From Alphaproteobacteria bacterium (GTDB lineage: Bacteria; Pseudomonadota; Alphaproteobacteria; 43-37): a DNA stretch of 34,051 nt. The notes below the pieces were generated by a model. The model was not told where the DNA came from, did no database searches, and saw only the letters and a program-made list of their open reading frames with translations. Positions 24,913-33,299 of the stretch are shown here, one piece after another; within the stretch, counting starts at the first letter, position 1, and each line of letters starts with the position of its first letter. The DNA lies in contig CANLAL010000002.1 of NCBI GenBank assembly GCA_947488045.1, positions 1-34,051 on the forward strand. The letters are read 5' to 3'. The translations under genes were made by a program, and so were the position numbers.

Positions 24913-25776
24913 TTAAGTCTCTTTTGCTGTACCTTTTGTTTGTAGCTTTAACCCTGCCTCAGGAATCATTTTTAAAATAATACGTCCTTCTAGGCGTAAG
25001 TCCACAATTTTGATTACGAGTGTATCAAGAAGTTTTTTCTCCGCTAAATCATTTAACTTCATAAATGCAGTATCTAAGTCACTTTCTGGAAGGTAGACTT
25101 GAGTGCCATTGGTGAGAAGTAAATTCCATCGACGTTTCCCAATACACACAGCAGTTTTCACAAGCGAATGAACTGTAGGGTATTGCTCTAACTTTTGAAA
25201 TAAAGGTGGAGCGTTTTTAGCGGCAGCCTGCCCTGCGATTGAAGGGAGTTCCTTAAACTTTTCTGAAACCTTATCTGATAAGATTACGCCTTCCTTATCT
25301 ACGAGTCTCATGGCTTTACCTTCATGCCAAATTGCTATGGGCTCACGTTCAATGACATGGATCATGAGTTGATCAGGGAATTTTTTTTTCACAATGGCAG
25401 ACCATACCCAAGGTAATTGTTCAATGCGTCCTCTAATAAGATCGGGGTCTAATTGTAAGAGGGCTTGCTCCGGTGTGAGTTGAGCCGCTTTTAAAATAAC
25501 ATCAATATTTGTGTACTTTAAAGGCTTAATATCAACTGTTGTTACTACAAAGCCAGATTTTTTAAAAAATGATTCATTGCAGTTATGAATTTTTTCGCTA
25601 ATCCAATGGGGTGCATTGATGTACCAGAGGATAAAGCAAAGCCCCACAACGGAGATTGGGGACATAATTGGCCAAAAGAGCTGGCGTAACAAAACACGTG
25701 AGTATCTTTGTTTATTGGCAGCTTTCTTTTTTTTAGGAAGCATGCGACGGGGGATGGGTTTTAAATCTGGTCTCAT
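24913..25776 (-). CDS. ftsQ: Cell division protein FtsQ
   Basis: 287 aa. Basic N-terminus, a single TM segment (FWPIMSPISVVGLCFILWYI), a POTRA-like region, and dcw context. Confidence 0.85.
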   Translation of the reverse strand: MRPDLKPIPRRMLPKKKKAANKQRYSRVLLRQLFWPIMSPISVVGLCFILWYINAPHWISEKIHNCNESFFKKSGFVVTTVDIKPLKYTNIDVILKAAQLTPEQALLQLDPDLIRGRIEQLPWVWSAIVKKKFPDQLMIHVIEREPIAIWHEGKAMRLVDKEGVILSDKVSEKFKELPSIAGQAAAKNAPPLFQKLEQYPTVHSLVKTAVCIGKRRWNLLLTNGTQVYLPESDLDTAFMKLNDLAEKKLLDTLVIKIVDLRLEGRIILKMIPEAGLKLQTKGTAKET

Positions 25777-26735
25777 GAGAGTTCACCTATAGAAATGCCT
25801 AATCGTTTGATCTCCCATTCGAGCATCACTCCTGAATGATTCCACACACGATCGCGTACTTCTTCACCGAGGCTTTCAATGTCCATTGCTGTAGCATTGC
25901 CTTGATTGATTAAAAAGTTACAGTGAAGGGGGGATACAATGGCACCCCCTCTTTCAAGTCCACGACAGCCTGCCGCATCAATCAACTCCCATGCTTTGCA
26001 AGTGCTTGGGTTTTTAAAAGTGGATCCTCCTGTGCGAGATCTTACAGGTTGGGTTTGCTCACGCATTTCCAAGTAAGTCTGCATTTTTTTGGTGATCTCC
26101 TCTTGAGGAGTTATAGTCCCTTTCATGTGGACACTCGTAATAATATGTGTTGAGGGAAGTGATGCGTATCGATAAGAAAAGCCGCATGAAGCGCGATCAA
26201 GATGAAGAATATTGCCTTTTTCATCTACGGATTCAACTTCCGTAACAAGATCATTCATCTCTCGACCATAGGCCCCCGCATTCATTCGAATGGCGCCCCC
26301 AATAGTTCCCGGAATGCTCACTAAAAACTCGAGTCCACCCAAGGCATGCTCACGTGCGACTTCTGAGACCGTACGATCAAGTGCCCCAGCTCCTACCTGT
26401 AAAGTCTCATTGCTTACATGAATACTGGTAAATGATGGCCCGCCCAGTCTGACAGTCACACCCGGGATACCCCCATCCCGGATGATAACATTTGACCCTA
26501 CGCCTAATACTGTGAGTGATTCGCTATATTCATTAGCCAGTTGAACCAAAGTACAAAGATCGTCCACATCCTGTGGGCGGACGACTGTCTGCCCGTTCCC
26601 GCCCACACGAAACCATGTAAGTGGACCAAGTGGCGCATTAAAGGTCACTTTCCCCCGGATGTGGCTTGTCAGTGCATCCTGGAAAGGTCGATTATTTGGC
26701 CACATGGGTTTCCCCGGAGCTTTGCAGTAAGGCAT
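25773..26735 (-). CDS. murB: UDP-N-acetylenolpyruvoylglucosamine reductase
   Basis: 320 aa. APLGPLTWFRVGG, GVGSNVIIRDGG, GGSTFKNP. The start may be the internal Met at 26705. 4-nt overlap with ftsQ. Confidence 0.9.
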   Translation of the reverse strand: MPYCKAPGKPMWPNNRPFQDALTSHIRGKVTFNAPLGPLTWFRVGGNGQTVVRPQDVDDLCTLVQLANEYSESLTVLGVGSNVIIRDGGIPGVTVRLGGPSFTSIHVSNETLQVGAGALDRTVSEVAREHALGGLEFLVSIPGTIGGAIRMNAGAYGREMNDLVTEVESVDEKGNILHLDRASCGFSYRYASLPSTHIITSVHMKGTITPQEEITKKMQTYLEMREQTQPVRSRTGGSTFKNPSTCKAWELIDAAGCRGLERGGAIVSPLHCNFLINQGNATAMDIESLGEEVRDRVWNHSGVMLEWEIKRLGISIGELS

Positions 26736-28170
26736 TTAGGGCTGTCGGAAGTTGATTGGCCCACTGCGAAATACTTCCTGCCCCCATACAAACGATCATA
26801 GATCCAGCAGGGATAGGGCGCTCTGAAGTGGGGGCAAAAAGCATATGAAGATGAGCGGTTAGTTCAGTTTCATTTCCAACAGAATCAATAGGTTTGCTTG
26901 GATAGGCCCGTTTAAGGGCTTGAGCAAAGGCTATGTCATTAATTCCCTCAATGGGGTCTTCCCCCGCACTATAAATAGGACAAACCACGAGACGATCTGC
27001 CAGGTGGAGTGCATCCACAAATTGTTGAAACAAATGAGACAAACGGCTATATCGGTGTATTTGCAGGACTGCAATCACCTCGGACTTTGTGGCATAGCGT
27101 GCTGCCTTCAATACCGCATCAATTTCAACAGGGTGGTGAGCATAATCATCGATAATGACGGTGCCCGACACCTCACCCACACGGGTGAAGCGTCTTTTGA
27201 CCCCGCTAAATTGGGCCAGAGCTTGTAAAATGATGCCTGGCGCATATCCCATCTCAATCGCAACAGCCACCACAACGAGAGCATTTTGGATATTGTGCTT
27301 TCCATATAGTGGAAGCTGAATATCTTTTAGCGTCAACCAATTGAGGTTTTTAGCTTTAATGACAGGGGAAGTAGGATTAATCACCACATCGAAAGTAGCG
27401 CCTTCTGGGCACATACGGATATTGATTGCTTGAATATCGGCTCCCGGCTCCAACCCATAGGTCAATTTCCGCCGATCAGTCACGCGATTCGCGAGACTTT
27501 TAACAACAGCATGATCACTACACAAAATGGCCAGACCATAAAATGGGGTGTTGTGCACGAAAGTTTCGAAAGCGCTGACAAGCTTATCAAAGGTTCCGTA
27601 GTTTTCCATGTGCTCAGCGTCAATATTGGTGACAACGGCAATCGTAGGAGGAATCTTCAAAAAACTTCCGTCCGATTCATCCGCTTCTACCACAAACCAC
27701 TTGCCCGACCCCAGTCGGGCGTTTGTGCCATAGGCATTAATGATTCCACCATTGACGACCGTTGGGTCAGCGCCTGCGCTATCCATGAGCGCTGCACATA
27801 AGGAGGTGGTCGTCGTTTTTCCGTGGGTACCCGATATACAGATGGATTGGCGTAATCGCATGAGTTCTGCTAGCATTTCTGCACGACGGATGACGGGAAT
27901 GCTCAATGCACGCGCTTGGATAAGCTCAGGGTTATCTCCTTTGATGGCTGAGGATGTAACCACCACCGCTGCACCTTCCACATGAGCTGCTGCGTGGCCA
28001 ACAGAAACATGGATACCCTTTGCGCACAGCCGTTTTACATTAGCGTTGTTGGAGCTATCGCTACCAGTGACTGTAAAGCCTGAGTCACTCAGGACTTCAG
28101 CAATACCACTCATGCCGATACCACCAATACCAATAAAATGAAGCGGACCTGTTCCTGGGATATGACTCAC
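26692..28170 (-). CDS. murC: UDP-N-acetylmuramate--L-alanine ligase
   Basis: 492 aa. HFIGIGGIGMSGIAEVL, GTHGKTTTTSL, DDYAHHP. Confidence 0.93.
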   Translation of the reverse strand: MSHIPGTGPLHFIGIGGIGMSGIAEVLSDSGFTVTGSDSSNNANVKRLCAKGIHVSVGHAAAHVEGAAVVVTSSAIKGDNPELIQARALSIPVIRRAEMLAELMRLRQSICISGTHGKTTTTSLCAALMDSAGADPTVVNGGIINAYGTNARLGSGKWFVVEADESDGSFLKIPPTIAVVTNIDAEHMENYGTFDKLVSAFETFVHNTPFYGLAILCSDHAVVKSLANRVTDRRKLTYGLEPGADIQAINIRMCPEGATFDVVINPTSPVIKAKNLNWLTLKDIQLPLYGKHNIQNALVVVAVAIEMGYAPGIILQALAQFSGVKRRFTRVGEVSGTVIIDDYAHHPVEIDAVLKAARYATKSEVIAVLQIHRYSRLSHLFQQFVDALHLADRLVVCPIYSAGEDPIEGINDIAFAQALKRAYPSKPIDSVGNETELTAHLHMLFAPTSERPIPAGSMIVCMGAGSISQWANQLPTALNALLQSSGETHVAK

Positions 28171-28181
28171 TTATGCAATCC

Positions 28182-29291
28182 TTATTCTTTTGGAGAGTTC
28201 AATAGACTCTCGATGACCTTAACCATTTCGTGGGAGGCATTTGGCTTTTGCATTTGCCTTAGTTGTTGTGCCATTTCCCGTCGTTTCATGTTGTCTTTTA
28301 TCACATGTTCAAGGATTTTTGCCAACTCATTTTCATTTAAAGTGCTCTCTTTTACTACAAGAGCAGCTCCCCTTTTCGCCAGCTCTTGCGCATTGACCGT
28401 TTGATGATCATCCATGGCATTGGCATAAGGAATGAGCAAGGCTGGTGTGCCAACACACATGAGCTCGCTTAATGTGGCTGCCCCCGCACGGCAGATGGCT
28501 AAATCCGCTTGTGAAAGAAGAGCGGGTACCGTATCAAAAAATGACTGCACATGAGCTGTGATTCCTGCATTCGCATAAAGCGAGGTTACGGCGGTTAGAT
28601 CTTCTGGCCTAGCTTGATGATAGACGTTGAGCTTCTTACGTAAGGCCGGAGGCAACAGAGCAATGGCGGGTGCCACAACGTGGCTCATGATCCGGGCCCC
28701 TTGGCTGCCGCCCAAAATGAGCAACGTCACACATGATTCTGTTGGACTCCAATGAACATTCCTAAATACGGGCCGGACAGGGTTGCCGGTGTAGGTGCAC
28801 TTGGATAACCATCGAGATTTCAGGCCCTTGAGTGTCATAAAGCCTGTTGTAATGCAGGTGGCGAGGGGCGTAAAGAGCCGAGTGACACGGCCTGCATAGG
28901 AATTTTGCTCATGAAGCATTAACCTCGCACCCGCAAGCGCTCCTGCCAGAAGGGCTGGCGCAGAGACATACCCTCCAAAACCCACGACGAGCTGAATACG
29001 ATGCTTATGCATCCAGCGCCATAGGCATAGGGTTTGCCAAAGTCCTTTTACAGCAAAGAGGGCGTGCCCTTGGAGTCCATTTAAAGGTGCCAGTTGCGTA
29101 CGCTTAACAGGCGTTTTAGCCGAGAGTGTTTCTGGGAAGTGCGTGCGCTCATCGGTGATCACATGGGTAGGGTAACCTGCCTGCTGAAGTGCCTCATTGA
29201 GGGCAAGAGCAGGAAAGAAGTGCCCACCAGTACCGCCTGCCACAAGGGCAATGGTTGGTTTAGTCGAAGCTCCCGTCGTTTTTCGAATCAT
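28182..29291 (-). CDS. murG: UDP-N-acetylglucosamine--N-acetylmuramyl-(pentapeptide) pyrophosphoryl-undecaprenol GlcNAc transferase
   Basis: 369 aa. GGTGGHFFPALAL, ICRAGAATLSEL, and position upstream of murC. Confidence 0.93.
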   Translation of the reverse strand: MIRKTTGASTKPTIALVAGGTGGHFFPALALNEALQQAGYPTHVITDERTHFPETLSAKTPVKRTQLAPLNGLQGHALFAVKGLWQTLCLWRWMHKHRIQLVVGFGGYVSAPALLAGALAGARLMLHEQNSYAGRVTRLFTPLATCITTGFMTLKGLKSRWLSKCTYTGNPVRPVFRNVHWSPTESCVTLLILGGSQGARIMSHVVAPAIALLPPALRKKLNVYHQARPEDLTAVTSLYANAGITAHVQSFFDTVPALLSQADLAICRAGAATLSELMCVGTPALLIPYANAMDDHQTVNAQELAKRGAALVVKESTLNENELAKILEHVIKDNMKRREMAQQLRQMQKPNASHEMVKVIESLLNSPKE

Positions 29292-29442
29292 TGTAGGCTT
29301 ATCCTTGTTGTGGTTAATAGGCGCTTAAACTTAGTTCTAAGCAGTTTATCCATTGTTTCCAAGACTTTCAAAAGATTTATAGCTTGGCTTTGCTTTGTGT
29401 TGATAAAGCATCTTTTATGCTCCTTTTGGGTTATGTTGATGT

Positions 29443-29600
29443 GATATCCTGGATATCCCATGGATATCCCTGTTTTTTCCTTGTAGACTGTGGCTTTGGG
29501 CCAAAATGATATCATTTTCGTATTTTATTTTTTTTTGCATATACTTTCCTTTCATTCTGGGGGGTTGAGTGGGATATCCATGTGCATTATGGATATCCAT
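29443..29600. promoter_or_regulatory. GGATATCC palindrome array, right copy, about 150 nt upstream of murG
   Basis: Boxes at about 29443 (partial), 29451, 29462, 29572 and 29591, with the same A/T-rich spacer. Confidence 0.35.
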
Positions 29601-29627
29601 ATATTTTAAGTGTTTAAGGTCAAGGTT

Positions 29628-29766
29628 AGATCCCGGATCAAGCCCGGGATGATATCTTGCCAAAAGATCCCGGATCGCTTCCGGGATGACATCTCGCCAA
29701 AAGATCCCGGATCAAGCCCGGGATGACATATCGCCAAAAGATCCCGGATCAAGTCCGGGATGACAG
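29628..29766. repeat. Four head-to-tail 37-nt hairpin units (MITE/REP-like)
   Basis: The unit aaaagATCCCGGatcaagcCCGGGATgacatctcgcc has period exactly 37 (g of gatccc at 29629, 29666, 29703, 29740). Two more units lie at 29965-30030. Oppositely oriented single units lie at 20978, 21058, 21246 and 21453. Confidence 0.85.
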
Positions 29767-30220
29767 TAAAAAAGCCCAGATTGACACGAAAGGGTCAGAC
29801 TGCATCACACTTACACGCGTGAGCCTCTGTGGCCCTGACTCACTTTGCAATCCTGGCTTAGACCTTTTCTTAATCCGCGTGGGGATGACAACTTTTTGTA
29901 AGATGACAGACTTTTCTAAACTGTCATGCTGAACTTGATTCAGCATCTCTTTGAGAACCGGTATAAGATCCCGGATCACTTCCGGGATGACATCTCGCCA
30001 AAAGATCCCGGATCAAGCCCGGGATGACAGTAGGCTAATTGCAGAATAACGATGGAAAATGACAGGAAAATGGCGATTAAATGATTGAAAATGAGACATG
30101 GTTGACATTCCTTTTTTAATGTTTTTGAGGATTACAGCCTAACAAAATGCACTCAAAAAATCAATTTTTATAAACCTTCGTTTCACTTTGGTGTTTTTTA
30201 TGACAAAAGATGTGAAAAGA

Positions 30221-30925
30221 CTATTGACGAGGGTAACCGCGGACTGTTCGGGAACTTATGCCAGGCTCTTCTTGCAGAATCTCCATGTAGGCATCATTGA
30301 TCCGTACAATGCCTGCTTTTAAGTTGTATTCATAAAGATCCATTAAATCAGGATTAGAAGTAGACTCTTTTGCGGTTTCGCATAGGGCCCGTAATGCATG
30401 TTTATACGCCTGAATTGTGGCATGAGGCCACCGTCGTACCAATGCCATGTTTTCACGGCTGGTGGCACCGCACAAATCGGGATGTTCAAAGCAGCGTGAA
30501 ATGCTGACAGAATCTCTTGTGCTAAACGCTTGGTTAAGGACGCCCTCAGATAGGGCTGTATGCGCATCTGAGGACTCATAAAGTTGATCTAACAATTTGG
30601 AAATTGAAACGGGTTGACAAGATGTTGATGGCCGACCTGCCTCTGCCTTGATTGGGCCTTCTGATTCGTTCATATCTTCAGTGGTTATGATTTCTTGAGG
30701 AGAGTTTTCACTCTTATCAGAGTCTTCTATTGCTGAGTCTGATACAGGGGGGGAAGCCTCATGAGTGATTGGCTCCTCTTGTTCATCTTCCATTACAGTG
30801 GAAAGCCGACCAACTTTCTGTGGATAGAGATGAGTATCTGTCTTGCGCTCACCTTCATGCCCTTGACCATAAGTTAGACTTGATAAAAGTAACCCTGCTG
30901 TAATAGTGATGGCGAATTTTTTCAT
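30221..30925 (-). CDS. Hypothetical secreted protein (signal peptide, acidic disordered region, Cys-containing helical C-terminal domain)
   Basis: 234 aa. MKKFAITITAGLLLSSLTYG signal, an E/D/S-rich stretch, then a 4-Cys C-terminal half. I recognise no family. Confidence 0.6.
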   Translation of the reverse strand: MKKFAITITAGLLLSSLTYGQGHEGERKTDTHLYPQKVGRLSTVMEDEQEEPITHEASPPVSDSAIEDSDKSENSPQEIITTEDMNESEGPIKAEAGRPSTSCQPVSISKLLDQLYESSDAHTALSEGVLNQAFSTRDSVSISRCFEHPDLCGATSRENMALVRRWPHATIQAYKHALRALCETAKESTSNPDLMDLYEYNLKAGIVRINDAYMEILQEEPGISSRTVRGYPRQ

Positions 30926-31210
30926 GTTTCATAGCCTTGTTTTGCAATATAGAGATATCTTCGCCTTGCTATTATTAAGAAAGGATTAAAGAGCGCCTTA
31001 GTCATTGTCACATTTCTGCTTAGGAAGGAGTCAGAGGGCTCAAAATTTGGTCGCTTAAAGTTCTTATTTAAGGAGCTTGCCACTCCTTTTTGCTCTGGTT
31101 TTCAGCCCCTTTTGTGAGGGGTAAAAAACGGGCGGTCATCCCCCTTGCCAGCAATAGATGAGTATGCTAACAGATGGGCGTAAACTTTACGAGTACAGCT
31201 CATTTTAAGG

Positions 31211-31759
31211 GTGAACGGGGATATGAATCAGGTTGCGCAGCGTTACGCGCGGGCATTATTTTCTCTCAGCGTTGAGGCAAAAAAGGTGGACCTGGTGCGC
31301 CAGGAAATAAACCGGCTTAGTTTATTGGCAAAAAGCTCTCCGCAGCTTAACACCTTTATGGCAGCAAAGCGATTTGGCCGCAAAGCCCATGCGGATGCGC
31401 TGGAACAGTGGGCGACAAAAGAAAAGGTGAGCCCTTTGCTTCAGCGGTTTCTTACCTTCGTTTGTATGCATGGACGGGCTGAGCATTTGGGACAAATCGC
31501 GCAGGCCTTTGAAAGCCTTGCGTGCCAAGCCGAAAACCAAATGCGTGCTCAAGTGACATCAGCTGTTTCTCTAACCAAAGATCAGCAAAAATTGGTGACA
31601 GAGGCATTGGCGCACGCGTTTAAAAAAGAGATCTTTTTGGATCAAGCAGTGGATGAGCATCTGCTGGGCGGAATGACCATTCGCACGGGGTCCATGTTAA
31701 TTGATGGTTCGTTAAAATCGAAGCTGGCTCAGCTTCAGCAGGTTATGAGAGAGGGTTAA
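31211..31759 (+). CDS. atpH: F1Fo ATP synthase subunit delta (OSCP)
   Basis: 182 aa with a GTG start (an ATG five codons in is also possible). [12 protein letters not shown] is the typical OSCP start, the end is [20 protein letters not shown], and the gene precedes atpA. Confidence 0.9.
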   Translation: MNGDMNQVAQRYARALFSLSVEAKKVDLVRQEINRLSLLAKSSPQLNTFMAAKRFGRKAHADALEQWATKEKVSPLLQRFLTFVCMHGRAEHLGQIAQAFESLACQAENQMRAQVTSAVSLTKDQQKLVTEALAHAFKKEIFLDQAVDEHLLGGMTIRTGSMLIDGSLKSKLAQLQQVMREG

Positions 31760-31763
31760 TACG

Positions 31764-33296
31764 ATGGAACTTCGTGCGGCAGAAATTTCTGCAATCTTGA
31801 AAAAGCAAATTGAAGAATTTGATCTGAAGGCGGATGTTTCAGAGGTAGGTATGGTTCTTTCCGTGGGTGATGGTATTGCCCGCGTTGAGGGGCTTGACCA
31901 TGTGCAGGCCGGTGAAATGGTAGAATTTTCCAGTGGCGTTCGGGGTATGGCTCTCAATCTTGAAGTGGACAATGTGGGTATCGTGCTTTTCGGCGATGAT
32001 CGCAAAATCTTCGAAGGCGATATTGTTAAGCGCACTAAGACGATTGTAGACACACCCATTGGAAAGGGTTTGCTCGGTCGTGTGGTAGATGCCTTGGGTA
32101 ACCCCATCGATGGTAAAGGTCCACTTAAAAATGTGAAGCGTGGCCAGGTTGAGGTGAAAGCTCCAGGCATTATTGCCCGTAAGAGCGTTCATGAGCCCAT
32201 GCAGACAGGTTTGAAAGCCATTGATACTTTGGTCCCTGTGGGCCGTGGTCAACGTGAGCTCATCATTGGTGACCGAGAGACGGGTAAAACCGCTGTGGCC
32301 ATTGATGCCATCTTGAACCAGAAAACCATCAATGAAGGTAAAGATGAATCTCAGAAATTGTTTTGTGTGTATGTGGCCATTGGTCAAAAGCGCTCCACGG
32401 TGGCTCAGATTGTCCGCACACTGGAAGAAAAGGGCGCCATGGATTACACCATTGTGGTGGCGGCCACGGCTTCTGACCCCGCGCCTTTGCAATTTTTAGC
32501 ACCTTACACGGGCTGTGCTATGGCGGAATACTTCCGTGACAATGGGATGCATGCCCTGATTGTGTATGATGATTTGTCTAAACAAGCTGTGGCTTATCGT
32601 CAAATGTCTTTGCTTTTGCGTCGTCCACCAGGACGAGAAGCTTATCCCGGTGACGTGTTTTACTTACACTCTCGCTTGCTCGAGCGTTCGGCCAAGATGA
32701 GTGATGCCCAAGGTGCAGGTTCCATGACGGCATTGCCGATCATCGAAACCCAAGCGGGTGACGTTTCTGCTTACATTCCCACCAACGTCATTTCGATTAC
32801 GGACGGCCAGATTTTCTTGGAAACGGATTTGTTCTATAAAGGTATCCGCCCGGCCATCAACGTGGGTCTTTCAGTGAGCCGTGTGGGTTCTGCTGCGCAG
32901 GTAAAGGCTATGAAGCAAGTGGCGGGTTCCATTAAGCTGGAATTAGCGCAATATCGTGAAATGGCCTCCTTTGCTCAGTTTGCCTCTGACTTGGATGCTT
33001 CTACGCAAAAATTGCTTCAGCGGGGTGAACGGTTGACTGAGTTGCTCAAGCAGGCGCAGTTTTCGCCATTGACCATGGAACAGCAAGTGGCGTCTATTTT
33101 TGCGGGTGTGAAGGGATATCTCGACACGATTCCGGCCAAACAGGTCAACCGTTTTGAGCAAGAATATCTCAAGCAGCTGAGCAATAGCGCGCCGGAGATT
33201 TTGAATGCAATCCGTGATGAAAAGCAGATTTCTATAGATACGGAAGCCAAATTACGGGCCTTTTTGGAAAAATTTGTGCAGGATTTTGTGAGCTAA
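31764..33296 (+). CDS. atpA: F1Fo ATP synthase subunit alpha
   Basis: 510 aa. [13 protein letters not shown]alker A, and highly conserved throughout. Confidence 0.97.
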   Translation: MELRAAEISAILKKQIEEFDLKADVSEVGMVLSVGDGIARVEGLDHVQAGEMVEFSSGVRGMALNLEVDNVGIVLFGDDRKIFEGDIVKRTKTIVDTPIGKGLLGRVVDALGNPIDGKGPLKNVKRGQVEVKAPGIIARKSVHEPMQTGLKAIDTLVPVGRGQRELIIGDRETGKTAVAIDAILNQKTINEGKDESQKLFCVYVAIGQKRSTVAQIVRTLEEKGAMDYTIVVAATASDPAPLQFLAPYTGCAMAEYFRDNGMHALIVYDDLSKQAVAYRQMSLLLRRPPGREAYPGDVFYLHSRLLERSAKMSDAQGAGSMTALPIIETQAGDVSAYIPTNVISITDGQIFLETDLFYKGIRPAINVGLSVSRVGSAAQVKAMKQVAGSIKLELAQYREMASFAQFASDLDASTQKLLQRGERLTELLKQAQFSPLTMEQQVASIFAGVKGYLDTIPAKQVNRFEQEYLKQLSNSAPEILNAIRDEKQISIDTEAKLRAFLEKFVQDFVS

Positions 33297-33299
33297 AGC

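Larger units (their letters stand above)
29443..30182. repeat. Right arm of the large imperfect inverted repeat
   Basis: See the left arm. Inner block 29443-29637, MITE-like mosaic 29628-30030, outer block about 30090-30182. Confidence 0.85.

Noticed and set aside
29628-29766. Regularly spaced 37-nt palindromic repeats that look superficially like a CRISPR array
   Set aside because: The units abut directly, with hairpin plus a constant 10-12-nt linker, so there are no unique spacers. Only four copies are present and the same unit occurs singly and in the opposite orientation elsewhere. No cas genes are nearby. This is REP/MITE-like, not CRISPR.
20864-30182. Composite transposon or genomic island delimited by the inverted arms
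   Set aside because: There is no transposase, integrase or recombinase ORF in or next to either arm. I could see no target-site duplication. The cargo is six essential housekeeping genes. I therefore treat it as an inverted duplication or recombination substrate.
1697-33250. Numerous 60-217-aa ORFs antisense or out of frame within yejF, yejE, yejB, yejA, the crotonase gene, parC, the ABC exporter, priA, ftsA, murB, murC, murG, atpH and atpA
   Set aside because: Each is fully contained in a longer ORF with unambiguous family motifs. They are typical shadow ORFs.
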